A stretch of 64,000 bases of DNA from Minutocellus sp. GHC0000111 (taxonomy: Eukaryota), in assembly GCA_977018835.1 (NCBI GenBank), contig OZ361258.1, positions 1-64,000 on the forward strand, in the 5' to 3' direction. Under the pieces are notes generated by a model. It searched no databases. It was not told the DNA's origin and worked only from the letters and a program-made list of their open reading frames with translations. Each line of letters begins with the position of its first letter. Within the stretch, counting starts at the first letter, position 1. A program made the translations under genes and the position numbers. Positions 24,382 through 36,500 of this stretch are shown here, piece by piece.

Positions 24382-24942
24382 GGGGCAAGATGTTGTGGAC
24401 GACAACGTGCTAGAGGCTGCTCATGAAGCAAAGAGCGAAAATAGATCTAGTAGCTCGAAACGGCTGGGTAACGTCGCAAACAGCTTGAGAGCTTCTGCTC
24501 AAGATCAAGCACGAGCGTCGGGTAGCAGTAGCAAGAGAAGACTCGGTGCTAGCTCAATCAGAAGCAGGTCGATGAAAAGCACAGTCCGTAGCAACCTAAG
24601 CGAATCTCAGCAGCAAGAGCTTATGATGAAATTTGAGGTTCTCCAGAGACAAATGTCGGAACTTCAGGCGGAGCTTACAGGCGAAAGCCCAGTTGATAAC
24701 GGTACCTTGAATCATGGAGCAGACGATGATGATGAAGGGAACGACCAAGACGGACAAGAGGATGAGACACCGCAGCAGCAGTCTTCTTGCGCAGTACAGT
24801 AATCGATGATCTTCTGTCAGTAGTCCTTTTCATTTGATCTAATTTAGACTTTTTAGAGAGTTCAATTGGAATGCTGGTAGTTGCATGTCTACAGTATCAC
24901 CGGCAGAGCATCAAACTACGTATCCATATATCTCGAAAGAGC

Positions 24943-25731
24943 CTAATCGTACTCGATGAAGTCAAAGTTGTTGCCATCGGGATCGGTATCGTTGTTGGCA
25001 GCACTCATCTCGGCCTCACCCCTCGTTTCCACTCTCACCAGAACGTTCAGCTCTTTGCGCAGCTTGGCGCTGAACTCGGCCACCGCGTCCGATCCGAGAG
25101 CCTTCACCCATCTGTTCGCCAACAAGATCATCGAGGGAATGTGAGGGTTACCCTCCAGCGGCCGGGCGGCGGATTGGAGAAAGCATTGCTCCAGATCTGC
25201 CATCGTGGTCGTCCCTTTGCTCAAGACCCTGAAACGGACGGCGGATGGATACGATGCTGTATCATGACAGACCAGGTTGTAGAGAAGACGGCCATTGGCA
25301 TCCATAATGCCGAAGTTGCAGAACGATACGATCCATTGGCCACCATCTCCCGCGAAAGGGGATGGTCTCGGCAATGCCTCGAGCTCCCTTCCGATCTTAG
25401 AGCTTCGATCGAAGAGACCGGGCCATTCTTTGTACGGGACGACGGGCCATTCCGGCACAACGGTGGTCCAGAAGGTACGTTCGAGGTTGGATATGTCGGC
25501 AACAACGCTGTCTGGCGCATAGACCGCGACGCCAAAGGGAGGGGGCGTGCTGAGGCTCTTGTGCAGCACCTCCAACTCCTTCAGCCGATCGCGGTCGGTG
25601 ATGGGAGGACGGCAGTACTGCTTGTGGATCTTGTAGTCCAAACGCTGACATTCTCGAGAGCAGTACACCCGCTTCTTGCACTTGGAGCAATGCGAGCTTG
25701 CCTTTACGCCGCAAACATTGCACAGCATCAT
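24943..25731 (-). CDS. MYND zinc-finger protein
   Basis: CNVC-x7-CSKC..YCSRECQRLDYKIHKQYC at the N-terminus; the remainder is unassigned. Confidence 0.85.
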   Translation of the reverse strand: MMLCNVCGVKASSHCSKCKKRVYCSRECQRLDYKIHKQYCRPPITDRDRLKELEVLHKSLSTPPPFGVAVYAPDSVVADISNLERTFWTTVVPEWPVVPYKEWPGLFDRSSKIGRELEALPRPSPFAGDGGQWIVSFCNFGIMDANGRLLYNLVCHDTASYPSAVRFRVLSKGTTTMADLEQCFLQSAARPLEGNPHIPSMILLANRWVKALGSDAVAEFSAKLRKELNVLVRVETRGEAEMSAANNDTDPDGNNFDFIEYD

Positions 25732-25960
25732 CGCGAGGGTAGGGGGATGAGTTGTTGGCTATTCTGAATTCGCTGCGCCACTCAGGCTGAGGGGCTCTTT
25801 GCCGCCAATCGCGCCCTCCTCGCTCGATTCTGGGCGATGGGTCCACGGTCCACCGCTCCACGCTCCTCACTCGCCTTCGCCGCCGGCAACTTATCGACAG
25901 TCTCGTCGGACAATGAGCATCTGCAGCAACCTGCAAACCGGTCTCATTTCTCTCATTTCG

Positions 25961-28803
25961 TCATGGTATGGTCCGTCCATGGTCCGCCATCGCGGCGAAG
26001 GCGGCGGCGGGATCATAGCGGCGAAGTTCGCCCATCTCGCCATCGCACGAATTAAGGAATGCCAAGCCTTCTGCCGCGGCGTCGAGATCTCTGCTTGTTC
26101 TCAGATTTCCGATTTGACGTTTCCGGAGTGGTGATTCTTGTAGTCGATTGGCTTGGTTGATTGCCAGCTTTTTGGTCGTTGAGTCGATAGTGACAGAACC
26201 GTCAACTAGGCGTGCGTGATGCTGAACCAAGCGACGACAAAATCTTCGCGCGTAAGAGGGCAGCGACTGGCTTAATCCTCGAAAGTATACGCGCAACCCA
26301 TAGGCGTTGAACGATAGGTCGTAGGCAAGACCTGCAGGAGCTCCAAGCTCTGCAAGGTCAACGATATCGTCGTCAAAGCTCGCTAGCCACAGCTGTGAAC
26401 GAGCGGCTTGGCGGACGGTGGCCTCTCTTGGTCGATTTTATAGAAGCTGGACCACGAACGAACAACGACTTGATGGCTCAGGGGGGGTGAGAGGCAATGG
26501 TAGCGAAGTATCGTCGCCCTTTCTTCCTGAATGTGCCTGATATAGCCTCCAGCGATCACTAATCATTGATGTCGTCGATTGGCTCCCTATCATCGGTCTC
26601 GGTGGTCTTATCACGGACGGCAACAATGGATTGAGAAACGGAGGGCCGAGCTCGTCGCCTTCTACTTTGCCCAATGCCCATACCATCGGCGCGACCAGTA
26701 GCCGGTCCAAGCCAGCCACATTCTCAACGTAGTATTGAGCGTTTGTAAGTGGCTCTCTGTTCCATGACGATGACCCCAGGTTAGGAAGAGGCGGATCGAC
26801 GAGGCCACCAACAAAGTTTTTGATACTGCTCTCTCGAGCGACAACTGTGGCAATTGTTTTACCCGGGTCAATCATTGTAGTGAGCGTCGATGCCACCGTT
26901 TGCCTCAAAGCTTCAACAGCAGCACCATTACTGGGATCAGGAAATAGGGGCCACGTTCCAAGCACGCCAACTCCTTGTCCATCTAATCCAAATGTTTGTG
27001 CGTCTACCGCAAGTTCCACTGCATCGGGTGGTCGGGGTGCCAACGTATATCCATGGAGCCGGGCAGTGGATGCGTATTGTGCAATCAGCTCCCGCGGTAA
27101 AAGGAAGGGCTGGGTACTTGTCGGCTGCGAGAGCTTGGCGGTGCTTTCGATACATCCTAAAATGGCTGCAATGACCGCCGATCATCCTTGGTTAGCTTGA
27201 GCTCCAGTTGCATAACTTGGAAGCCTGAAACATCACAGGGAAATGTGATTCGAGGTTTCCCCTTGAGGCCTGGTGGGACCCACTGGCGACGCAAGAGAAA
27301 TGCACTCAGGCTCTCAGGCCCCTGTCTGCCGAGCAGCTGAGCCACGACGAATCCAACCAGTGGAGCGACAATCAACGGTTTTGTCGAAGATGCCCCGATA
27401 TCGTTAGCGTTGATGTCGCTGTACTGAAGGTCTAAGGGCCACGCAAGTAATAGTGTGTCAGAGTCATCATCATAGTTGCGCTTCACGAGTATGTTCTGCC
27501 GATAATCCAAACGACGAAAGGGCGGAGGAAACGAGGCTGACGTCCCTTCTTCGATTTCTCTCTCCGGAGTATTTGTGGGCAATGACAATGCATCTTCCAA
27601 TCCGTTTTGCTCAATGTTCAACGCATATTTCTGCTTCGACAACTTGTCCGCGAATGGTTCAACAAGCCTCTCCAATGTGCGGACGTTGTCAGGGGAAATG
27701 ACCACCAAAACCGCCTCTGATGGGATATAGTGCTTGTCGAAGAATTCCATCAGACGATTCGATACGTCTACACCATTTGATTTGGGTTCACTCTCTAAAC
27801 TGTCCAAGTTACCAGCTCCAAATCTAGCAAAGGGATGATCTGGATTCGCAAAGCTCTTGAGCAGATAAAAGGCTCGGGTGTTGTCATTGTTGACATCCAG
27901 TTCCGAGTCGATGCGTCTCACCTCCCTTCGTAGTATCGATTCATCTCGACACGTACTCTCGAATTTATCCTGATCGAACAGACCCGCAAATCTCTGCAGT
28001 GCCTCTGGGAAAGCTTCGGGTTGGGGCAGTGTGAAGTGAAAGCATGCCTTTCCCGCCGCGGTGAAACCATTCGAACTCCCATCGAACTCATCGAGCCAAT
28101 CCTCAAAGTCCAATGCGTCAAATCTTTTTCGTGCCGATGTCGACGATGCGGATGATGATGCAGATGACGGCCCCGACGATCGTGACGACAATACCATGTG
28201 TTCGCAGAGATGGGCACATCCAGGCAAGTCATGTGGGTCTAGAAACTGCCCTGCATTGCCAATACTGAGTGCCGCACAGCATCGATTGATCCCACCATCA
28301 TGGACCAGCAGAACGCGCAGACCGTTGGGCATAATGACATGCTTGTACTCTCGGCGGCTGGAGAATGGCGGTGATATCGATAGGAGGGCCGAATCATCGT
28401 CGACCGTGGAGCTGGAGCTGATTGTGGTAGTACTGGTATCGTCTGCATTGGCTCGGTGGGGTGGTGATGCAGTCGTCGTCATCAGAAGTGCCGAAGCCAT
28501 GGCCAACGTCTGTTGCTGCAGGAATTCTCTTCGATTTGGAGATTTAGACGGCCGTGACGTTGTGGGTGTTTCATCTTCATCTTCTGCATGTGCATCCAAA
28601 CATGTTCTTTTTGCAAACGATGGCGATGGGACGCGTCCACTGGGTCTCACACCAGAATTCGTCGGACCGACGAATGTCAGCGCTGTTGCTGGCGTGGCGC
28701 AACCGCCAAGGCAGAGGCCGGCGGCTGCCGATGACGAAGAAACCGCGACGGCAGCCGCCGCTGCCGCCAGGCTATTGGCGACAGCCGACCTTCTTCTCCT
28801 CAT
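25961..28803 (-). pseudogene. Peptidase M16 (insulinase-like) protein, probably plastid-directed; disrupted
   Basis: MPNGLRVLLV, LPGCAHLCEHMV (HxxEH), SNGFT, EVRRIDSE and HPFARFGAGN; signal peptide plus an RREFL leader. Frameshift near 27180, in-frame TAA at 26438-26440; coding continues (LAYDLSFNAYGLRV) to 25961 and then appears truncated. Confidence 0.8.
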
Positions 28804-29261
28804 TGATAAATGGATTGGATCAATATGTGCTACTCTTTATACCGTGAATTCATTTCGCCATGGACTATTGCAGCAGCGCAGCTCGGCTTCTGAGAATAAA
28901 ATTCCACACAGGCTCCACGGAAGACGGAAAGACGCTCTATTCTCGGGCGCGCGAGTGCGGGCGCGCGGGCGGGCGGGCGGGCCATGCAGCAGCCATCGCC
29001 AGCCAGATGCATCACAGCACCATCTGCCAGCCGGATGACTCGCATACTTTTGGTCGCACTTTCGGTGGCCGGCCGGCGCGCGAAGCAACCGACCGGCGCG
29101 CCCAACGCGAGACACCATGGCGGCAAAAATTCAAATTGTCGCCGCTACGTGCAGAACGAAGGCGATGTCTCGCGCTGGTGTGGGAGAGTTACGGCACGAG
29201 ACCAACCAGGTACTCCCGACATCCTGGTGATATTCCCGTTGGTCTCGATCCATAATTCTCC

Positions 29262-30754
29262 ATGAGCAAAAAAAATAACGGCCGCAATCCCGCGGTCAAC
29301 ACCGCATACAGAATTGCGGTGCAGGACGCCCTGGCTGAACTGCTCGTCCGTCTTCGCAGAAAGGAACTTCATTACTACAATTTCATCGGCAACAACGACT
29401 CCTTGATGAATGTGTTGGGATGCAGCCCCATCATGCACGGCGCCGTCATGTGCACTGCGGGCATCTTGGGTTTGAAGAAGAAGAAACACACGAAGACTGA
29501 CTGACTGCGATGTGTTTTTTGTGAGGACAGACAACCAGAATGGATGGGATGAAATGGCATCAAGACACTGCCTTGCCGACGACGTTCAGCGAACCCCATA
29601 CAAAAAGAGCATATTTGTTCGCCTCGGTTCTATCAATCCTCGTGCAGCCGACGCTCTCTCCATGATGATGGATGGATGGCTTTCGACATGGTCACGGTCG
29701 AGCAACAACTTCGCCTCGAAATGCCGCCGCAGCGGCTCAATTTGACGAAGGCATGTAATGCATTCCTCAAGTCGGTCGCACCACACACATCGGTGGGGCA
29801 TGCGGCGATGGACTACGAAATCAACAGGCAGATGTTGCTCGAGGCCCATAAGTTCCCTGGTGGGCACAGTGGCCAGGACGATGGGTGGGACAATGACGAC
29901 GATGTTGGGACGGTGGGCACCCTGACCACGACGGAGGCCGGCGAGATCAGTGAGGACGATGACGACGAAGACGAGGACTATGTGCCCTGTTATGAGGACG
30001 AAGCTGATGTTGCAAGAGAGGACGCTACACATGAAGCATGCATGCAGCAGCACTTTGAGAAGAATCGTCAGAAGCACGGTGATGGCGAGCCAGAGATGGG
30101 AGCTGTCGATGATGCCGAGGATGACGATGCCCCTCACTTCCATTTCCTGAAAAAGGCCGGCATTGAGACGGCCGACTCAGGTAAAATAAGGGCAGTGCTG
30201 GCAGAATGCTGGAGAGAGCTTTATCTATTAATATTTCTGATGGCAACAACAAGAAGAAACCAAGGACAATAGAGTTCATCCACCATAACACCTCCACCAA
30301 AGGAACTCTCCTAGAGCACAATCGCGAGGAAGATGGCATGACGGATGACGACATCAAAGAGCTCTGCAAAGCTTGCTCTAATTTGCTCCACACTCTTGAC
30401 GCAATATATTCCAGGTTTCTGAAATGGTGCATGAAATGGGATGATGAGGCAAAGAAGGCTGTGAGAGAGCTTGAAGCATTGATTGCAAGTGCCCTCAAGC
30501 AAGCACGGGCAATCGGCATTGTTAGCACAACGCCCAAGTGGCACTTGCTCGAAGATCACATCTTGGACCAACACATTTGGCTAGTGAAGAATGGATGGGG
30601 CGGCATCTGTTGGCTCGACGAATCGTTTGTAGAGCGAGCCCACCAAGAGGGCGTTAAGGAAGATCGTCGGACTCAGGGCGTCAAGGGACATGAGGCCCAA
30701 CAGACTGCGCAGTTCAAGGCAAACAGCATCGCGATTGAGCAAAAAAGGAAATAG
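29262..30754 (+). mobile_element. Degenerate RAG1/Transib/Chapaev-like DDE transposase relic
   Basis: C-terminal TPKWHLLEDH...GWGGICWLDESFVERAHQ. Four overlapping frames joined by small indels (e.g. a GACT duplication near 29500); the catalytic core appears deleted. No matched TIR pair identified. Confidence 0.55.
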
Positions 30755-31286
30755 TACACCCAAACAAACACATCACGTCCTTCTTAACTCACCCATTTAT
30801 CTCCCAGACCAAAAAGTCCCTTTGTCGGGTTGATTGTTGCATAAACTTATCCCAATGCTGTCTGTCTCTTATCGGGCGCAAAATCATTGTGTCGGAATTC
30901 CGGGAGGTCGAGTGGGGATGCGATCGGTCGGGATCAGCGAGAGTCGGTCATACGGGGGGTGCGGCGCAATCCCGGCAGTTTATCATCAACAACAACGTGG
31001 GAAAGTACCAGAGGGTCTGGGGCATCACAACGGGAGCACGACGAGCACAAAGACGGAGCAATGGCACCACCCCAGAGAAACGAACGGCCGACAGATGGAG
31101 GAAAAGTAGGCCGATGGTTCGTGGCGTTGATACGCAGCGGAGGCCAATCTGAGGATACAGTAAGCTTCAACTATATCCAAACATGATAATGAATGTGTAT
31201 TTGGTACGAAAATATAGTTATACGCCGGCGCAACGCCGACGGACCACCATGGTGTTGGACGGTCAAAGAATGGGTGACGAACGAGA

Positions 31287-33234
31287 TTGGGTTTTGGTGG
31301 GTTTCTTCGTGACGTGTTCGTCTTCTGCCGAAAAACGCTTCATCCGACCGGCGAAACAAGACGAGATGGGGCTGTGGCATGTCGGGTAGGGTCATTTTCA
31401 AGCCCATGGCGGTCAAAGTTCCGTAGCGTGCGTAACGCGCAGTCAAATCAATCACACGCACACAAATCCTCTCAAGAGCGCAGCGAACAGATAATGGGAA
31501 AGAGACAGCGGCATACCGTCGGTAGCACCAGTGGTGCTGATCACCTCGCGGATTTGATGAGAGGACAGACGGCGCATCCAGCACAAACAGAACGCCCGCG
31601 GTCATTTATGAGTATGGAACAGCTCTTCCCGGGAGGAGGAGAAGAAGAAGATACAGCACATGCAGATGGCGAGCGTCATCTTCAGCAGAGCAGCGCCGAT
31701 GGTTGGCCGGCCAAATATCCTCTCTTGCCAAAACTGGCCCTGAATCTGGGCTCGCCGTCGCAGTCTCCACCTCTTTCGCTTGCGGTCAGTCTCTCTTCGA
31801 GTTATGTGACGATACCGTGTAGTGATGACGACGACGACAACAGCAATGAACAGCAGGGGCGCTACGACCCGTCAAAATCATCTACGAGTTACGTGCCAGG
31901 GTGTTCTTTCTGTTCCTCGGATGATACTGACAACACTGACCCGAACGAAGCAAGCTGCAACACTGCCAGGGATCGATGCGAGGTATCGACCTATCTGCTC
32001 ATGAACAGAAATTACTGGGCAGGATATCTTCGCGCCGACGAGGCATCGATACCAGCGGCATCTGAATCGTCGACATTTATATCCAGCTACCAATTAAAGA
32101 ATCCTCCCTTGACAATGGCATGTCAAACAACGTCTACGGGCTTTGCAGCACAGGTGGGAGCACACGTGGATGGTGTGGCTGGGCTGGCACCGACGGATAC
32201 GTCTCTCCTGGGGCAGCTATGGACCAACAATTTGCTTCGAGATAGAGAATTCACCCTCTGCATCAATCCAATGTTGGATCATTCCTCTGGTGAGGCGGTC
32301 GAATATCAAGAAGGAATGGATGCCGGCAAGATTACGCTTGGAGGCTACACTCCCCCGGAGGGCAGCTCTGTCAAAGCTGTGCCCAAGGACCTCAAAAAGG
32401 CTGCCCTCCTTAGATCGACGCCTCAGCCTGGCTACTACCTCAAGGTGAAGAACATTTATCTAACGATCCCCAGTGGAAGTCCCAGTTCCAATGACCAAGA
32501 CAACACCGTCAAGGTAACCTTCGACCCCGTTCGATTTAGTGATGCCAACAGTATCGACGGTGGTGTAATGATCGATCCAGCATCGCCGTACACTCTGCTA
32601 TCCAGCCAAATCGAGGCAGAATTCACTCAAACCTGGCGCACTCTTACCGGTCAGAGTTGTGGATATGGCCAGGTCGAACTGACCCGGTGGGAGCTACTTA
32701 GTCTTCCGACTGTCTTGATGGAACTTGAAGGCGTTGGCGTTGGCCTTGACGCTGGCGCCGACGACAACGAGGCGGGTTCGAACGTCTCCATCGTTTTTTG
32801 CCATTCCTCCCACTGCCTACATGGAATATGTTCCATCGACCGGGCGGCATCGGATGCGGCTGTCCCTCAAGAGCACGGAAGGGAGTGTGTTGGGGGCCAA
32901 CGCGCTCCAAGGAAAAAACTGTTACTTCAACCTCCAAGATGATGAATTCGGCTTTGAATCGGCCTCGACTTGCAGTGATTTTGGTCCTAATGCAGCAGCC
33001 GGGGGACGAGGCCAGAATGTCATGATAGTTCCTCCTTCGCCTCGTGGTGGCACAGCTTTCTCCATGGGAGCGGGCATGGCATTGGGATCGCTCGAGATGA
33101 TGGAGGCAATGGACACATTCGATTTCTCGATTGCTTATATCGCAGTAGGCGCATTTTTCGCGTTTCTGGGAATGGTCCTCGTCTTGTATCATAATTTGGG
33201 GGCTCGATGGGATGATCGAGATTCTAAGAATTGA
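31287..33234 (+). CDS. Pepsin-fold (A1, plasmepsin V/BACE-like topology) membrane protein with degenerate catalytic motifs; frameshift at T-run 32794-32799
   Basis: YDPSKSSTS, CxxC, ACQTTSTGF..VDGVAGL, FTLC, GKITLGG, YYLKV, IPPTAYME, SVLGANAL and a C-terminal TM helix. Start uncertain. Confidence 0.7.
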
Positions 33235-33548
33235 ATCATGCGCATGCATTGTAAATAAACAAACGCTTGTACTTAGTAATCATGGGACATGGAACAAATT
33301 TTTCTTATTGCACAACTCGGACTACACTCTAGATCTTGACTCTGGAAAACTCTTCGTTCCCTTCGCACTTGTCGGCGCTTGGACACTTCGACGCAATGCA
33401 TCGGCCCAAATGCAAGTGTTTGCCATGCATAGTGACAAATGCGATTACCCGTGCAGCAGCCAATCATTTCTCGCCGAGATATCATTTCTTACTTTTTCTT
33501 GGTTTCTTCTTCCTTCCGCTTTTTCAACAGCTGCGTAAAGTATATACC

Positions 33549-36500
33549 TTACTCACTTTCCTCCGTCGAGGCAAGTAGAGCAGTCTTTGCTGCCGAAAGG
33601 GCCTTGAATTTCTCCTCGGCTTGCTCGGCTGTCAATCCGTTGGACTCAGCCTTGTCAGGGTGGCACTGCATAGACTGCTTGCGGAAAGCCTTCATGATGG
33701 TCTTGGCGTCGGCATCGGCGGAAACGCCAAGGAGCTCAGCGTAGCATGAAAGATCCTCCTCGCACTTTCCTTCAAATTCATCGTGATCCATTTCACGGAA
33801 TTCATTCATTTTGATGAAAGCCAGGCGTGGATCGCTGGCATCGACCGATGCAAACGCGAAATCCTCGAAGAGAAGGAATACTTTATCTCCATCGATCATG
33901 GCGCCAGTATGAAGAAGGAGAAATTCAAGAAGAATGGACAACGCAGTAATCTCTTCTGGATGACCAAGAACATTCAAAATCATCATGAGTTCCCTCTTGG
34001 GTGCTAGCAGCTTGTACACACGGAATAGATTGCGATCCATCGATCCCGGTTTCAAGGAGTCAAAGACGTCAAATATATCCGTGAGAGAGTCCAGAACCAG
34101 TTCCACGTGATCCTCGAGCATCGATGCCATACGGGCACTCATTCCCTTCTCTGAGGCGCCAAAGAGGCGACCTTGAAGCTTGTCAAGCTCAATTCTTTCA
34201 GATAGGGGCACTCGCTCGACGTTCTGCGCAGAACGAATACGTCGCGCCATCTTCTTGAACATTTTGACGGTACCGCTGAAGACTGACAATTCCTCTTTTT
34301 CGAGGGCCTCGAGATCTGCCTTCTTGGACTCCTCCAAGCTGCGCTGCAGCTCTAATTCCATACGTCCCTCCTCTTCGTTGCGCCTGGCCATCATATCATC
34401 TAGGACGTAGGTCATTCCAGACGGATCGCTCGTCACACTATCAAGATCGGACTTGGTAACAGTAACATTTACGTCATAGATAGGCTTGAGATTGATGGCA
34501 TATTCGGAGGGGGAGCCAGACTTGGCGGGAGAAGATTTTTCCCGCCCTTTTTCTTCTTGCCCTTGCCCCTTTTCCCGTTCTTCTTGGGAGGGCCTCCGTC
34601 GCCCTTGTTCCTCATCTCGATATCAGATGGAAGAGCCATGGCGTATGCGATGGTACCATCCGCCCTTTTCTCTTGGATCTCAATCTTGAAGCTGACGATC
34701 TTCTCTGGATCGCTAGGATCTTCGTCAACGGCAACGATCTTGCCGTGTTTGCCGAGAACGTTTGGGTCCACATTGTCGACGATTTTGACAGTGCCGCCGG
34801 TTCTGTGACCATAGAGCGATTTGTACGCCTGCTCGCATTTCTTAGTCAGAAGGTCCATAAAGCGAGAATCCTCTTTGATTTCTTCGGGAACGACAAAGGC
34901 ACGGGAAAATTGGTCGCTTTTGTTAGCTCGACGCTGCTTCTGCGTCTGTCTCCTAGCATATTCGGCCACACCCCACTCGATCATGGCCTTGGTGTAGAGC
35001 TGCTGATGAGCACGTTCCTCGGCGAAGAAGGCGGCACGGGCCTGACTCTCGGGGGTGAGGGTATTTGATGAGGCGTTGTTTTCTTCCTCATCCACATTTG
35101 CTTCTTCTGGCTCAATGGGTTCCTCTTCCGATGTAGGTTCGGGAAACGATTCGAGGGGGTGGAATTGAAGCTCGCCAGTATCCTTGCTGATATTTGGAAC
35201 GCAGTACGGAGACTTGGATGCACTGTTGGCAGCATAAATGACGCCCTTCTTGCTGATTCGCCACTCCGGTCGGCCGTGAGTAGCGCTTTGAGGGATCGAC
35301 TTGGGAATCTGGCCAGGATCGCACGCCAGGAACGGATGCAGGTCAATCTCGTCGAGTGACAGCCTGTAAAAATGGAAGTGGGTCGATAGATAGATGTATT
35401 GAGAAGAAAAGAAATAATGCGAGAGGAATGATCGCAAAGGGGGTCTAGACATACTAGTATGGCCAAGAAGGAGAAATAAATGAAAAGAGCATGATACATC
35501 GAACTCATGAAAACTCACCTATCGCTCGGATCAGTTCGCAAAAGACGGCCAATGAGGTCGCGGGCATGCTCGGAAGTATCGATATCACCGGGAAAGTCAT
35601 ATTCATTATCCAGAATGCGCTAGTAGGTGACTTCGGCGTCATCGGTGGCAAATGGAGACTTTCCAACGAGGGTGTTGAAACAGACGGCGCCGATAGACCA
35701 GACATCGACCTCAAAGGATGGGGCATGGCGGGTGGTACGGCCAGCCTTGGTTTCGATGGACTCGGGGGCCATAAAGGCGGGCGATCCACCGCTTCCCTTG
35801 GCGATCGTGGCGCTTCTCCCGTTTGTCTGGGTAGCCTGAAGCTCCCTGGCAAGGCCAAAACCGGAGAGCTTGAGCTGCATATTCTTGTCGAGCAGGAGTG
35901 TTGCCGGCCTGACATCACGATGGACGACGTAGCGTTCGTCGTGCAGATACTTGAGGGCACCGACCAGCTGCTTCAGGTAGTACTTGGCCTCGGGTTCCGT
36001 CAGACGACTCGACTCCCTACGGTGCATCATATGCTGGATCGACTCGTTGTGGCAAAGCTCGAGGATGAGGTAGGCACTCGTATCGTCGGTGAAGGCATGC
36101 GGGCAGCGGACGATGTTCTCGTGGACGAGTTGGCGATGGATGCGGACTCCTTCTTGGGCCTGAACAATAGTAATTATTCAAAATTCGAAAAAAGGAGAAA
36201 ATGGGAATGATTGAGGGTGTGATCATGATGAGCGAAACATCAAAGAAGGAGGAAACCGATTGAGAAATCCAATCCGAAGCCTTTGACAAATTGATATGTA
36301 CAGCGGCCGAAGAGCAGGGATCATACATGTATCCAATACGTAATCAGATACGAGACGTAGTAAAGCTTGCATATGTGCTGGATCCAACCACTCACCATTT
36401 TCATATCACCTCCCTCTTCGCCATTCTTGTGGGCCTTTCTCTTCTTGTTCTTGGACACGATCTTGATGGCATAGGGCCCCATGCCGATTCCATCGATCGA

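Larger units (their letters stand above)
18189..24802 (+). pseudogene. Multi-exon LRR receptor-like multi-TM protein, disrupted by an in-frame TGA (21777) and a 1.5-kb insertion
   Basis: Many LxxLDLSxNxFxG repeats and two plant-type LRR N-caps (GWVRSGGW..C.FEGVDC; WLNRTGW..CTWSGVTC). Also CANCDMCCN, TM segments, YSFRCPRNNEEC and a coiled-coil tail. Multiple GT-AG introns (e.g. 20299-20443). Start codon inferred. Confidence 0.75.

Noticed and set aside
25961..27043. Two independent ORFs or a second mobile element
   Set aside because: They share a frame across one TAA and continue the M16 peptidase after a frameshift.
756..35622. Stop-codon reassignment or readthrough explaining the in-frame stops
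   Set aside because: All three stop types occur in frame, all three also end intact genes here, and they co-occur with frameshifts.
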